Below, piece by piece: positions 9,072-19,942 of a stretch of DNA of 64,000 bases. Positions within the stretch are counted from its first letter, which is position 1. The number at the start of each line of letters is the position of its first letter. The stretch is from Spirochaetia bacterium. GTDB lineage: Bacteria; Spirochaetota; Spirochaetia; DSM-16054; Sediminispirochaetaceae. A program made the translations under genes and the position numbers. The stretch spans positions 224,001 through 288,000 of the forward strand of contig JAXHMY010000001.1 of NCBI GenBank assembly GCA_034520965.1. The letters are read 5' to 3'. The notes under the pieces are model-generated. The model searched no databases, was not told where the DNA came from, and saw nothing but the letters and a program-made list of their open reading frames with translations.

Positions 9072-11332
9072 TTTAACTCCTCAGGATTCACTTTCAAAGG
9101 CATGTCCCGGTAGCGAATACCGGTTGCGTTGTACAAAGCGTTGGCAATCGCAGGGGCAATCAGCTCCAATGCCGGTTCGCCTATCCCCTTTGCTTCAGAA
9201 GGAGACTGCGGGTCGGGGTTCTCTACAATGATACCGGTCATTTCCGGCAGCTCGCGAGCCTTTGGTATTTTATAGTGGTTCAGGTCCAAGTGAGGGAACT
9301 TTCCATCTTCTATTTCAAGATCCTCAGATAGTGCCATACCGACACCCTGGGTGATACCCCCGTACATCTGCCCTAACACCATAGCACGGTTTACCGCCCG
9401 CCCGATGTCGTGGGCGGCTACAATATTCTGCAGTTTAATTTTGCCGGTACTCTTGTTGACCGTCAGCTCCACCGCCTGAGAGCTGTACACATAAGTAAAA
9501 TAGGCATCGCCCTGGCCGGTTTCCTCGTCCCAGGAGACATCCGGCGCCTGGAAAGAGCCAAAGGCATAGGGGTAAACCCGCTTCAAGAACAGATGCTGCA
9601 TCGCCTCGTCCCAGGTAATTCTAGACTCATTATCGGGACCAAGCACATGGTCATCTTCAAAGCGTACTTCCTCCGGGCGACACTGCAGTACATCGTTCAA
9701 ATTATCCGCCATCAGCTGCTTGAGCTTATGGGCCGCAGCGTTTACCGCCCCCCCGCCCATGATGGTCCCACGAGTGGCCACTGTAGTACCGCCGTCGGGT
9801 ATATTGCTTGTGGAGGAGCGCTTGTACTTAATGCGGTCCAGGCGCACCCCTAACTGTTCAGCCAGCAGCAGCAGCATTACCGATTCTGAGCCCTGCCCAT
9901 TTTCGTGAATTCCAGTTTCCAAGAGGATAGATCCGTCGAACTGACAGTTAATGACACTCGAACAGAAGTCCATTCCTTCCGCCCCCAGGCTTGACCCCCG
10001 ATAACTGATAGAAAGGCCGACTCCATAGAGCTCATCATCCTCGGAAGTACCACGGGAGCATTTGCCAAGCTTCTCTTCATAGCCTATCTCGCCGGCTACA
10101 CGGTCCATGACCTGCTCCATACTGACGGTATGAGTATCGAGCACCTGACCGGTGACTGTCTCGCCATCCTGTTTGACCATATTAATTCGGCGATACTCCA
10201 GGGGACTTATACCAAGCCGCTCAGCGGCAATATCGCTGATCTGTTCCACCGCAAAATTCACCTGCGGGGCTCCAAAGCCGCGCATTGCCCCGGTAACCGG
10301 ATTATTGGTGGCTGCACACAGTACATCGGCATACACATTATCAACCGTGTAGGGGCCGAAACACTGGGCGGTGGACCGCCAGTTAACCCACGGGCTGACC
10401 GATAAATACGGACCACCGTCGGAGACCATGCGCACTTGCACCGCTTTTACCCGGCCGCTCTTCTCAATACCAACCTTGTAGTTCAATCGGTAGGGATGGC
10501 GTTTATAGCTTTCCCGGATCGACCATTCGCGGGTATAGGTAAGCTTTACCGGCCGGTTCAACAGCCTGGCAGCCAGTGCTGCCCGGGCGCAGACGATTGC
10601 AGCGGTATCATCCTTTCCACCGAAGCCGCCGCCCGTCGGCGGCTGATACACTTCTATATGAGACAGCGGCTCACCAAGAAGGGCTCCCACAAAGCGACGG
10701 GTACTAAAGGGGTGCTGCATACTGCCGTACACCTCCATTACCCCATCCTGCCGTGGTACACACACCGCCGATTCGGGCTCCATATACGCATGTTCGATAA
10801 ACTGAGTAGAGAACTCCTCCTGCAGGACAATATCACAATTTTTTAGTTCTTGCAGAGCATCACCGCGCCGCATTTTGTGGTGATTCATCAGGTTTGAGTT
10901 TTTTATTTCCCTTACAACCGGGCTTTCCGGGCTAAGGGCCGCTTCCGGATCGCTCACTACCGGCAAGGGGTCGGCACTGACTACTACTTTTTCTGCAGCT
11001 GAAAGAGCCTGGCTTCGCTGTTCCGCAACTACCAGCGCAACCACATCGCCTGCACACATTATCTTTTTCTCGGCAAACATACAGTAATCCTGATCGATCT
11101 GACCAAAACGAATGCTGCCGGGTACATCGGCGGCGGTAATAACTTTAAGCACTCCCGCACTTTTTTCCGCCGCTCCGGTATCAACCCGAAGATTCTCCGC
11201 ATGAATGTAATCACTATAAACAGGTACCGCATGGGCCATATTGAAAAACTTTAAGTCGTCGCTGTATTTGGCTTTTCCGGTAACCTTCGCATATGCATCA
11301 TTCCGAAATACTTTTCCGGAGGGTATTTTCAT
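9068..11332 (-). CDS. xanthine dehydrogenase-family molybdopterin-binding subunit
   Basis: Motifs EHAYMEPE, GGGFGGK, AMRGFGAPQ, HDIGRAVN, AKGIGEP. Confidence 0.93.
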   Translation of the reverse strand: MKIPSGKVFRNDAYAKVTGKAKYSDDLKFFNMAHAVPVYSDYIHAENLRVDTGAAEKSAGVLKVITAADVPGSIRFGQIDQDYCMFAEKKIMCAGDVVALVVAEQRSQALSAAEKVVVSADPLPVVSDPEAALSPESPVVREIKNSNLMNHHKMRRGDALQELKNCDIVLQEEFSTQFIEHAYMEPESAVCVPRQDGVMEVYGSMQHPFSTRRFVGALLGEPLSHIEVYQPPTGGGFGGKDDTAAIVCARAALAARLLNRPVKLTYTREWSIRESYKRHPYRLNYKVGIEKSGRVKAVQVRMVSDGGPYLSVSPWVNWRSTAQCFGPYTVDNVYADVLCAATNNPVTGAMRGFGAPQVNFAVEQISDIAAERLGISPLEYRRINMVKQDGETVTGQVLDTHTVSMEQVMDRVAGEIGYEEKLGKCSRGTSEDDELYGVGLSISYRGSSLGAEGMDFCSSVINCQFDGSILLETGIHENGQGSESVMLLLLAEQLGVRLDRIKYKRSSTSNIPDGGTTVATRGTIMGGGAVNAAAHKLKQLMADNLNDVLQCRPEEVRFEDDHVLGPDNESRITWDEAMQHLFLKRVYPYAFGSFQAPDVSWDEETGQGDAYFTYVYSSQAVELTVNKSTGKIKLQNIVAAHDIGRAVNRAMVLGQMYGGITQGVGMALSEDLEIEDGKFPHLDLNHYKIPKARELPEMTGIIVENPDPQSPSEAKGIGEPALELIAPAIANALYNATGIRYRDMPLKVNPEELK

Positions 11333-11353
11333 TCCACTACTCCTCGAGTTGTT

Positions 11354-11433
11354 TGCAACAGTTTACAACAATTTTCTGCTTATATCAATAAATTTTTACT
11401 GGACAAATAGCCAATTCGTTGTATAATGTTGCA
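11354..11433. promoter_or_regulatory. divergent promoter region with two oppositely oriented TGTTGY-N4-TGTTGYA motifs
   Basis: tgcaacagtttacaacaa at 11354-11371 and cgttgtataatgttgca at 11417-11433. The second contains TATAAT at 11422-11427, 16 bp after TGGACA. Confidence 0.6.
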
Positions 11434-11457
11434 AAATATTATTTTTAGGGGAAATAC

Positions 11458-12879
11458 ATGAGCAACACAGACACAGCTGCGGCAGGACCACAGGCAGATC
11501 AGTCGATCGAACTGATTTATGGATTAGATGATCGCCCACCTTTTTTGGAGGCATTATTTGCAGCACTTCAGCACCTTTTAGCCATTTTTGTCGGCATAGT
11601 AACACCACCGACCATCATTTGTGCGGTACTTGGTCTTCCCATCGAAATCACCTCCTATATTATCAGTATGGCATTGGTAGTTTCAGGTATTTCAACTTTC
11701 ATTCAAGCCCGACGCTTCGGCCCGATCGGCTCCGGACTACTGAGTATTCAGGGTACCAGTTTTACCTTTCTGGGGGCAATCATCGCCACCGGCAGCAGTA
11801 TTTTATCGGCCGGAGGTTCTCCGGAAATGGCACTCACGACTATATTCGGAGTCTGTTTCCTTGGTTCCTTCGTCGAGATGATTTTCAGTCGTTTCTTAAG
11901 ATTTCTAAAGAAAATCATCACTCCCCTGGTGAGTGGAATTGTAGTAACTCTGATCGGTCTCTCCCTTATTAAGGTTGGAATAACCGATATCGGCGGCGGC
12001 GCCGCTGCTCAGGGCAGTGAATCCTTCGGCAGCCTTACCAACCTGATGCTGGCCGGAATAGTACTAATTACCATCGTTATTTTTAACCGCAGTAAAAACG
12101 GCTTTTTGCGAATGAGCGCCATTGTAATAGGACTGATAGTCGGTTATATCATCGCGGCCTTTATGGGAATGGTAGACTTCAGCAAGCTGAGCGAACTCAG
12201 CTTAATGAACTTCCCGGTTCCCTTTAAGTTCGGCTTCTTCGGATTTAACTTGTCGGCTTTCATTACTATCAGCTTACTCTACCTTATCACTACAGTAGAA
12301 TCAATAGGAGACCTCACCGCTACTTCCATGGTATCCGGGCAACCGATTGAGGGCGATAAATACATCAAAACCATTTCCGGAGGCGTATTGGGCGACGGTT
12401 TCAACTCTGCCCTTGCAGCTATCTTTAACTCCTTCCCCAACACTACATTCAGTCAGAACAACGGTGTTATCCAGCTTACCGGTGTAGCCAGTCGCTATAT
12501 CGGCTATTTTATCGCCGGTCTGCTGGTACTGTTCGGCATGTTTCCGGTTATAGGAGGAGTCTTTTCCCTTATTCCCGCCCCGGTTTTAGGAGGCGCCACT
12601 ATTATCATGTTCGGTACGGTCGCCGCTTCCGGTATTAAGATTATTGCATCCAGCATAATCGATAGGCGGGGTATATTGATAATGGCAATTTCCTTCGGCC
12701 TGGGTCTGGGAGTTCTTATGGTTCCCGACGTAGTTCGTTACTTTCCAGGAGTTTTGAACTCAATTTTCAGCGATTCAATTACTACCGGAGGCCTCTCTGC
12801 AATCTTTTTGAATATCGTACTGCCGCGCTCATACCGGCAGCAAAAGGTTCACGAAAACCTTCGCACCGATCTGACCTAA
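11458..12879 (+). CDS. NCS2 (NAT) xanthine/uric acid permease, XanP/UapA-like
   Basis: ALQHLLA and the NAT signature FSQNNGVIQLTGVASR. Confidence 0.93.
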   Translation: MSNTDTAAAGPQADQSIELIYGLDDRPPFLEALFAALQHLLAIFVGIVTPPTIICAVLGLPIEITSYIISMALVVSGISTFIQARRFGPIGSGLLSIQGTSFTFLGAIIATGSSILSAGGSPEMALTTIFGVCFLGSFVEMIFSRFLRFLKKIITPLVSGIVVTLIGLSLIKVGITDIGGGAAAQGSESFGSLTNLMLAGIVLITIVIFNRSKNGFLRMSAIVIGLIVGYIIAAFMGMVDFSKLSELSLMNFPVPFKFGFFGFNLSAFITISLLYLITTVESIGDLTATSMVSGQPIEGDKYIKTISGGVLGDGFNSALAAIFNSFPNTTFSQNNGVIQLTGVASRYIGYFIAGLLVLFGMFPVIGGVFSLIPAPVLGGATIIMFGTVAASGIKIIASSIIDRRGILIMAISFGLGLGVLMVPDVVRYFPGVLNSIFSDSITTGGLSAIFLNIVLPRSYRQQKVHENLRTDLT

Positions 12880-12914
12880 AAGCAAACTGGATGTGCCCGC
12901 TTCGCTGGGCAAAC

Positions 12915-12949
12915 AAGAGGCGGCTGTAACATTACAGTCGCCTCTTTTT
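12915..12949 (+). terminator. intrinsic terminator
   Basis: aagaggcggctgtaa-c-attacagtcgcctcttttt hairpin followed by a T tract. Confidence 0.8.
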
Positions 12950-13020
12950 AATTTGAGGTTCTTAAAAATAACATTTTGAAAACATCCGGCATAAGCTTTT
13001 TGCACATAGAGCCGAGCGTC

Positions 13021-13251
13021 TTACAAAGCGATATCCTGCCCTTCTACTTCACTTACCAGGGCTTCAAACAGGGTGATAACATCTTTATTCATCTTTTCAC
13101 TTTTATGTTTTTTACACTCGGCATCGTTTAGGGGAAGCTGCTGCCCCTCCGCCGGCTGGAACTCGTGCACTTTCTCAATAGCTGAAGCTTCAACTCCAAA
13201 ATAGAGGTTGGCGATTCGTATAATCCTAACTTTAAAGGTAGACTCTTTCAC
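13021..13251 (-). CDS. small hypothetical protein
   Basis: 76-aa ORF directly downstream of folE2 on the same strand. YFGVEASAIEKV is only faintly CheW-like. Confidence 0.4.
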   Translation of the reverse strand: MKESTFKVRIIRIANLYFGVEASAIEKVHEFQPAEGQQLPLNDAECKKHKSEKMNKDVITLFEALVSEVEGQDIAL

Positions 13252-13285
13252 TCTGTACTAAGTATCGAATTATTTTGAGAAAATA

Positions 13286-14080
13286 TTAAGAACTTACGTC
13301 ATCGGAAGTGATACAGGCATAGGCACTGTGGTTATGGATAGATTCATAATTTTCAACCTCAACCCTGAATTGATCAATCCGCTGATCTGCTTTCAGTTGA
13401 ATCGCTACCTCACGGGCGGCGTCTTCCACAAACCGTGGATTATCATAGGCTCTTTCAGTGATATATTTTTCATCCTGCCGTTTTAAGATAGTAAACAGAG
13501 GTGAGGAGGCCGAAGATTCAGCCATTTCTATCAACTCTTCATACCAAATGAAGTGTCGGGTGTGTACCCGAATATGTATTGTACCCCGCTGATTGTGTGC
13601 ACCGTAATCGCTGATTTCTTTGGAGCAGGGACAAAGGTTGCTTACGGGAACCTCGACGGAGAACCACATTGCCAAGTGGCCATCGCGCTCGGCTTCTAGG
13701 CGACAGGTATACTCCATCAAACTCTTGATTCCAGAAACCGGGGCCGCTTTTCGAATAAAGTAGGGAAAGCTTATATCGATATGGGCCGTTTCACACTCAA
13801 AGGTTTTGCGCATGTCATTCAGAATTTCATCAAGGCTGCTTGGCCAGAGTTTTAACTTGTGCCGCTCAAGAACTTCCACAAAACGGCTCATGTGGGTACC
13901 TCGGTCATGGTGGGGCAGATCTACATACATATTCATCGATGCAACCGTATGCTGTTGTTCACTCTGCCGGTCCAGCACCGTAATGGGATAGCGCAGGTCT
14001 TTTACCCCTACCTTGCGAATTCCCACATTTCTTTCGTCTGATTGGGCTTGAATATCTTTCAACTGTTCTGCATTGTTCAT
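13286..14080 (-). CDS. folE2: GTP cyclohydrolase type IB
   Basis: Motifs RGTHMSRF, LCPCSKEISDYGAHNQR, NPRFVED, ENYESIHNHSA. Confidence 0.95.
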   Translation of the reverse strand: MNNAEQLKDIQAQSDERNVGIRKVGVKDLRYPITVLDRQSEQQHTVASMNMYVDLPHHDRGTHMSRFVEVLERHKLKLWPSSLDEILNDMRKTFECETAHIDISFPYFIRKAAPVSGIKSLMEYTCRLEAERDGHLAMWFSVEVPVSNLCPCSKEISDYGAHNQRGTIHIRVHTRHFIWYEELIEMAESSASSPLFTILKRQDEKYITERAYDNPRFVEDAAREVAIQLKADQRIDQFRVEVENYESIHNHSAYACITSDDVSS

Positions 14081-14095
14081 TTTACCCCTCCCCTG

Positions 14096-14464
14096 CTACT
14101 GCTCATCCCGCCGTAGAGTTACAAAACTGGTATCGGTTTCCCATAGTATGACTTCCCACAATTCATAATTACCACCCTTCAGGGGTGCCTCAAGCTGCTT
14201 CCAGATCCATTGGGCCATATTTTCAGTGGTGGATTGGGGAATAATATCATTTAAATAACTATGATCCAGCACATCCACAACTTTTTCTTTAACCTCACGC
14301 TTCAGAATAGTAAAGTCGAGTACCATACCGTCCTCGGCGGGGGTTCCTCTGAGGGTGACTCGCAGGCGATATGTGTGTCCGTGCAGGGACTCACACTTTC
14401 CATGATAATCCAAAATGTTGTGGGCGGCATCAAATTTAAAGTCTTTCGACACAAACATACTCAT
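14096..14464 (-). CDS. queD: 6-carboxytetrahydropterin synthase / PTPS (COG0720)
   Basis: Motifs FDAAH, CESLHGHTY, LDHSYLND, STTEN, LWETDT. Confidence 0.9.
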   Translation of the reverse strand: MSMFVSKDFKFDAAHNILDYHGKCESLHGHTYRLRVTLRGTPAEDGMVLDFTILKREVKEKVVDVLDHSYLNDIIPQSTTENMAQWIWKQLEAPLKGGNYELWEVILWETDTSFVTLRRDEQ

Positions 14465-14551
14465 AGTATTACAAAGATAATCAAGAATAGTCCTGTGTGC
14501 AAGCCGGCTCGCCCACTATTACCAGTGGCGAGCCGATATATATCATAAGAC

Positions 14552-15993
14552 CTATTTATACCAGCCAAAGGGGCTTTCATCGATATTTACATAGATCGAT
14601 TTTGTTCGGCTGTAGTTCTCCAAGGCCATTTTGTGAACCTCACGCCCATACCCCGACTGTTTGTATCCACCAAAGGGGGAACCTGTGGGAACAAGGTTGT
14701 ATTCGTTCACCCATACGGTACCGGCCTCCAGGCCCTTCGATATGCGAACCGCCCTCCCGATATCCCGGGTCCAAACTGCTCCGGCCAAGCCGTATTCTGA
14801 ATCATTTGCAATCTGCAGCGCCTCAGCCTCATCGCCAAACTTACTCACCGCCAACACCGGTCCAAAGATCTCTTCCCTGGCTATTCTCATCGAGGGAAGC
14901 ACTTTGGTAAAGATAGTCGGCTGCATATAATTGCCGCTCAACGCACAGCCTCCGTAGGCCAATACCGCCCCCTCCTGACTGCCTATCCGTACATACTCCA
15001 GCACCGACTTAAGCTGGGATCGATCAATCATCGGGCCCATCCGGGTGGTTTCCTCAACCGCATTTCCAATCTTCACCCGTTCGAACTCCTCAATCAGCTG
15101 TTCAAGAAAGCTGTCATGGATAGATTCATGCAGCAGCAATCGGCTGCCGGCACAACATACCTGTCCCTGACTGTAGAGTATTCCCATGGCAGCTGCTTCA
15201 ACCGCCTTCTCCATCGGCGCATCGGGAAACACAATATTCGCAGACTTGCCCCCTAGCTCAAGGGTAATCGGAATTACACGGTCCCCCGCCGCCTGCGCAA
15301 TCCGCCGCCCAACCTCGGTAGAACCGGTAAAGGCAATCTTATCAACCCCGGGGTGCTCTACCAATGCCTGCCCACAGACACTCCCCGGACCTGGAGTAAC
15401 ATTTACCACACCGGGCGGGTACAAATCCGCCGTAAGCTCGGCAAACTTCAAAGCCGTCATAGGGGTGTTGGAGGCGGGTTTCAAAACCACACAATTACCC
15501 GCGGCCAGGGCGGGGGCAAGCTTCCAGCCGGAAATCAGAAAGGGGAAGTTCCACGGAACAATCAGCCCCGCAACTCCATAGGGCTCCCGCACTATCACCG
15601 AGAAAGCGCCGGAGTTATGGGTAACCACCGAATCTTCTTCGCTGCGGATAACCCCGGCAAAGTAACGAAACAGATCGACAAAAGCGGCAACATCCTCTCT
15701 GGTTTCAATCAGAGCACGTCCTGTATCCCGGCTCTCCAGCAGGGCCAGTTCTTCAGCATGAGCTTCTATTCGATCGGCAGTATGCAGCAGCACCAAAGAC
15801 CGTTCTGCGGGTGAAATATTTTTCCATCCCGGATAGGCGGCACGGGCAGCTTGGACCGCCGCATCGATATCTTCAGCTCCTGCTGAGGATACAGCGGCTA
15901 TCTGCGCATCTGTCGAAGGATCCACACTTACAAAAGTTTTTAAGAGTGGGCGGTTGTAAACCGCCCACCTATAAAAAGTCCGTATTCGTTCAT
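14552..15993 (-). CDS. NAD(P)-dependent aldehyde dehydrogenase (frameshift near 15940)
   Basis: Motifs PWNFP, FTGSTEVG, LELGGKS, GQVCCAG, EEIFGP. ATG 15993 gives MNEYGLFIGGRFTTAHS, then a one-base shift joins KTFVSVDPST. Confidence 0.9.
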
Positions 15994-16007
15994 ATGTGTG
16001 CCCGGTA

Positions 16008-16899
16008 CTATTTCACAAATCCCTGGGCTTCAAGAAAACGACGTGCAATTACCTCCGGATCCTCACCATTATCATACTCAAGGTTAAGAGCGCTCATAGT
16101 GGCAGTATCGATCTGTCCACCGAGGGCATTCAACACCTCAAGCACCTGAGGGTACTCCTGCTGGATTCTTTCTCCAACTACATAGGCTCCCGAATAATCC
16201 GGAAAGAAATTCTTGTCATCCTCCAGCATTACCAAATTGAGTTTGGCTATCCGCGAATCAGTTGCGTAAGCCGAGGCAACATCTACCTCTTTCCCGTCGA
16301 TAGCACGGTAAATTAGGCCATACTGCATGGGAAGAACCTTCTTAAAATCGATACCGTAGTGCTTCGACCAACCCGGATGTGCATCCGGACGGGTGTCGTA
16401 ATTTTCATCGCCCGCCAGAATCCAATCCTCCGCGTAGGGAGCCAGATCGGAAGCCTTTTCCAGGTCATACTCCTCGGCGGTCTCTTTCCGCACCGCAAGC
16501 ACATAGGTGTTGTTAAACCCAAAGGGCTCGGACCAGGTCATTCCGAAGTTTTCTTCAAAGCCGGCTTTTACACGCCTATAAGTTTCTTCGGGCGCCAAGT
16601 TCGGCCCCTCGTAGCGCAAAATTCCTGTCAACTGAGTTCCGGTCCAGGTCGGGTACAGATCAATTTCATCTCCAACCATGGCCTGGTGCAGTACCGCAGA
16701 GGCCGAGAGATTCCGTATTTACCTTAGAGGATAGTTCTGTGTTCTCCTCGATGAGAATTTTGGCCATATGACCCAAAATCACCGTCTCGTTTACATTCTG
16801 GGCCGCTACTCGAATAGTAGTTCCCTCCTGCTGTCCACCGGCGCTGAGACCGGCCACAATTACCGTAAGAACCAGTAAAATCGTGATACTCTTTTTCAT
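16008..16899 (-). CDS. glycine betaine/choline (OpuC/ProX-type) ABC substrate-binding protein (frameshift at about 16703-16712)
   Basis: The signal-peptide ORF 16666-16899 and ORF 16008-16679 (YPTWTGT, GFNNTYVLAV, AYATDSRI, LEDDKNFFPDY) join through ASAVLHQAMVGDE. Confidence 0.88.
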
Positions 16900-16929
16900 C
16901 AGATGCTCCTTTCCTTTGCGACAGGTTGT

Positions 16930-17664
16930 TTATTCCGCATTTTCAACGGTTAAGGCCTGTTGCTGTTTGAGTTTATGTTCATATCGTCGCTCACGACGAG
17001 CAATTCGTATGGCACGTTTCTCGGGGCGTAGATGGTGGCGCAAAGCCTTCAGGCCTTGATCGCCGGCTAAGGCCAGGAGAGTAGCCGGAAAAGCCCCTGC
17101 AAAAATCACTTCGTTTCGAATCTGGGTGAGCCCTGAAAAAATGAGCCTTCCGAGCCCTCCTCCGCCAATGGCTGCGGCCAAAGCCGCGGTTCCGATAATC
17201 CACACCGTGGCCACCCGAATTCCCCCGATTATTACCGGCAGTGCCAGGGGAAGCTCAACCCGTGTCAAAATTTGCATATCCTTGAGCCCCATCCCGCGGG
17301 CCGATTGGACCAGGGAGGGAGGTACATTTTTTATTCCAATATACGTATTCTGCAGCACCGGCAGCATTGCATACAAAAACAGCGCAAACACCGCATTATC
17401 ATTTCCAATTCCAAATATAAAAATGAGAAAACCTAACAGAGCCAGGCTTGGAATAGTCTGAAATACATTCGCCACTCCAATTACGTAAGGCGCGATTTTT
17501 TCATTACGGGTCAGATACACACCCAGGGGAATGCAGACCACCAGGGTCATCATAAGAGCTATAAATGAAATTGCCAGATGTTCAAACATGAGGCTAAATA
17601 TTCGATCGTAGTGACGAGCGGTAAACTCCCACAGTAATACAAAAAATCCCTTATCGCTTATCAT
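16930..17664 (-). CDS. osmoprotectant-type ABC permease
   Basis: Motifs QTIPSLALLG, ARGMG, VELPLALPVIIGGIR, IGGGGLG. Confidence 0.92.
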   Translation of the reverse strand: MISDKGFFVLLWEFTARHYDRIFSLMFEHLAISFIALMMTLVVCIPLGVYLTRNEKIAPYVIGVANVFQTIPSLALLGFLIFIFGIGNDNAVFALFLYAMLPVLQNTYIGIKNVPPSLVQSARGMGLKDMQILTRVELPLALPVIIGGIRVATVWIIGTAALAAAIGGGGLGRLIFSGLTQIRNEVIFAGAFPATLLALAGDQGLKALRHHLRPEKRAIRIARRERRYEHKLKQQQALTVENAE

Positions 17665-18830
17665 ACGTGTTCCACTCCTTGCTCGCTTTTTTGCTCTGAG
17701 GCGGTATTCTGCTGTGCGCTGCGGGTGAGCCGGTGAATTGTAAGCCGTGCTACACCTGCGGCGGTAATCAAACCTAACAATTTGCTGCTCCCGTCAATAA
17801 TCGGAATCGGCAATTCCCTATCGGCCAGCATCTGCGCCGCATCGCGAATAGTGGCATCCTCTATCTTTAACTTGCGATCCGTGCGGATTGCTTCGTCAAC
17901 CGGACCGTTACGGCGGGCGATTTTCTTCACTTCATTCAGAATGACCATTCCGCTCCACACTCCCCGGCGATTGACCACCTGCGCCGTTTCGTATCCAGCC
18001 TCTTCCATTAACTCCAGTACCTCCGAGGCGGGCATCTGCGGCTGTACGGTAAGCGGTGCAGTTTCTATCAGCGGGCTGATGGAAGCATCAGGTGAAATTT
18101 TACTCAACTGATCCTCTCCGATAAAATCACGTACAAAACTGTTTTTCGGGGAGTTCTTAAGCTCCTCCGGGGTTCCAACCTGCTCGACCCGGCCTCCCCG
18201 CATTAACACAATCCGGTCGCCCAGCTTTAAAGCTTCATCAATATCATGGGTTACAAAAATGATGGTCTTATGCAGCTTTTCCTGCAGATCCAGTAGTTCT
18301 CCCTGTAGATGCTCGCGACTAATGGGGTCCAGGGCCCCGAAGGGCTCATCCATCAAAACCACGTCTGGTTCCACCGCCAGAGCCCGCAGCACACCGATTC
18401 TCTGTCGCTGCCCTCCGGACATATCCGCCGGCAAGCGGTACTTAAAGGTATCCGGATCAAGCCCCGCCATCTCTAAAAGCTCATTCACCCTGCGATAGAT
18501 CCGCGGTTTATCCCATTTATGCAGATGCAGCACCATGGCGATGTTCTCTGATACCGTAAGGTGGGGCATTAAGCCTGTTTCCTGAATTACATAGCCTATA
18601 TTCCGCCTCAGCTTGACCGCATTGCTTTCCCGAATATCTTTCCCATTTATCAGGATTCTCCCGGTGCTCACCTCTTCCAGACGGTTTATCATCTTCAGCG
18701 AGGTGGTTTTACCACAACCCGAGGGGCCGATGAACACCACACACTCGCCTTTTTGCACATTCAGATTAAGCGAGTCTACCGCTTTAGTTCCATCGCTGTA
18801 TATCTTAGTAACTCCTTCAAATGTAACCAT
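17661..18830 (-). CDS. OpuA/OpuCA-type ABC ATP-binding protein with CBS domains
   Basis: Motifs GPSGCGKTT, MSGGQRQR, LMDEPFGALDP, plus a C-terminal CBS-like region. Confidence 0.93.
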   Translation of the reverse strand: MVTFEGVTKIYSDGTKAVDSLNLNVQKGECVVFIGPSGCGKTTSLKMINRLEEVSTGRILINGKDIRESNAVKLRRNIGYVIQETGLMPHLTVSENIAMVLHLHKWDKPRIYRRVNELLEMAGLDPDTFKYRLPADMSGGQRQRIGVLRALAVEPDVVLMDEPFGALDPISREHLQGELLDLQEKLHKTIIFVTHDIDEALKLGDRIVLMRGGRVEQVGTPEELKNSPKNSFVRDFIGEDQLSKISPDASISPLIETAPLTVQPQMPASEVLELMEEAGYETAQVVNRRGVWSGMVILNEVKKIARRNGPVDEAIRTDRKLKIEDATIRDAAQMLADRELPIPIIDGSSKLLGLITAAGVARLTIHRLTRSAQQNTASEQKSEQGVEHV

Positions 18831-19942
18831 TATTCTCCCCTAAACTTTTGTGTAACCTTATCGAGAACTGTGAGAAAGGTGTTGTTTTCACTGGGTTTTC
18901 CCACTGTTACCCGAATATGACTGTCTAAACCCCAACCTGCCGCTGAACGCACGATGACCCCTTGCTTTAACAGATCATGGGCTGCTTGATCCGCCGGGAA
19001 GGCAGCATCAAACAGGATAAAATTGGCCTGGGAGTGGTATACAGTAAATCCCCTTTCTTCTAAAGCTGCCTGCAGACGTTCGCGCTCGGTTTGTACCACA
19101 GCAATTGTCTCCGCAACAGCTGCCTGCTCTTGTTCAAGGGTTGCCCAGGCACCGGCCAGGCCAATCCGGTTGGCGTTAAAGGGCTCTGCCACCGTATCGA
19201 TCACTTTTATCAAGTCCGGGTGGGCAATCGCATACCCAAGGCGCGCACCGGCCAGTCCGTACGCTTTAGAGAAGGTACGAACCGATACTAGAGGCAGCTC
19301 TTCTTTAATTAATTCTACCCGATCCGGCAGCAGGCTCTGGTCTGCAAACTCCGCGTAGGCCTCATCCAGTACCAGCCAGCAGCCTTCCGGGAGGCTCCGG
19401 GCAAAACTTAGTAGGTCGGCCTTGTCTACAACAGTTCCGGTTGGGTTGTTCGGATTACAGAGCCAAACCACGCGGGTATTCGGACGGACGCTCTCCCGCA
19501 GTTTTTGCATGTCAATCTGCATATCCGCCGTGACCGGAGTGTGTTCAACCTTCCCTCCCATTAGGCGGGAGATTTCGCGGTACAGCCCGTAGGTGTACTG
19601 GGGAATCAGGATGTGTGCTCCCGGCTCAACGAAGGTTTTCGCCAGGGTTTCCAGCATTCCCCCGGCCCCATGGGAGACGGCAATCCACCGCTCATCAAGG
19701 CCGTACATCTCGGCTATTTTGCGCTTCATCTCGACAAAACTATTATCTGGGTAGGTGTGCAGCAGGAGCACCTCCTGCTGCATTGCTTCGACCGCCGCAG
19801 GATACGGCCCCCAGGGGTTCTCATTTGAGCCGAGCTTAATTACCCGCTCCAGCTCATATTGCCGTTTTACTTCTTCAATAGTCTTACCGGCCACATAAGG
19901 TTGCACATCTTTAATATCAGGCCGTATTCCGGCAAGTTTCAT
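18830..19942 (-). CDS. HisC-family (class I/II) PLP aminotransferase
   Basis: Motifs KLGSNENP, CNPNNPTG, DEAY, RTFSKAYGLAGARLGY. Not located in a his operon. Confidence 0.9.
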   Translation of the reverse strand: MKLAGIRPDIKDVQPYVAGKTIEEVKRQYELERVIKLGSNENPWGPYPAAVEAMQQEVLLLHTYPDNSFVEMKRKIAEMYGLDERWIAVSHGAGGMLETLAKTFVEPGAHILIPQYTYGLYREISRLMGGKVEHTPVTADMQIDMQKLRESVRPNTRVVWLCNPNNPTGTVVDKADLLSFARSLPEGCWLVLDEAYAEFADQSLLPDRVELIKEELPLVSVRTFSKAYGLAGARLGYAIAHPDLIKVIDTVAEPFNANRIGLAGAWATLEQEQAAVAETIAVVQTERERLQAALEERGFTVYHSQANFILFDAAFPADQAAHDLLKQGVIVRSAAGWGLDSHIRVTVGKPSENNTFLTVLDKVTQKFRGE

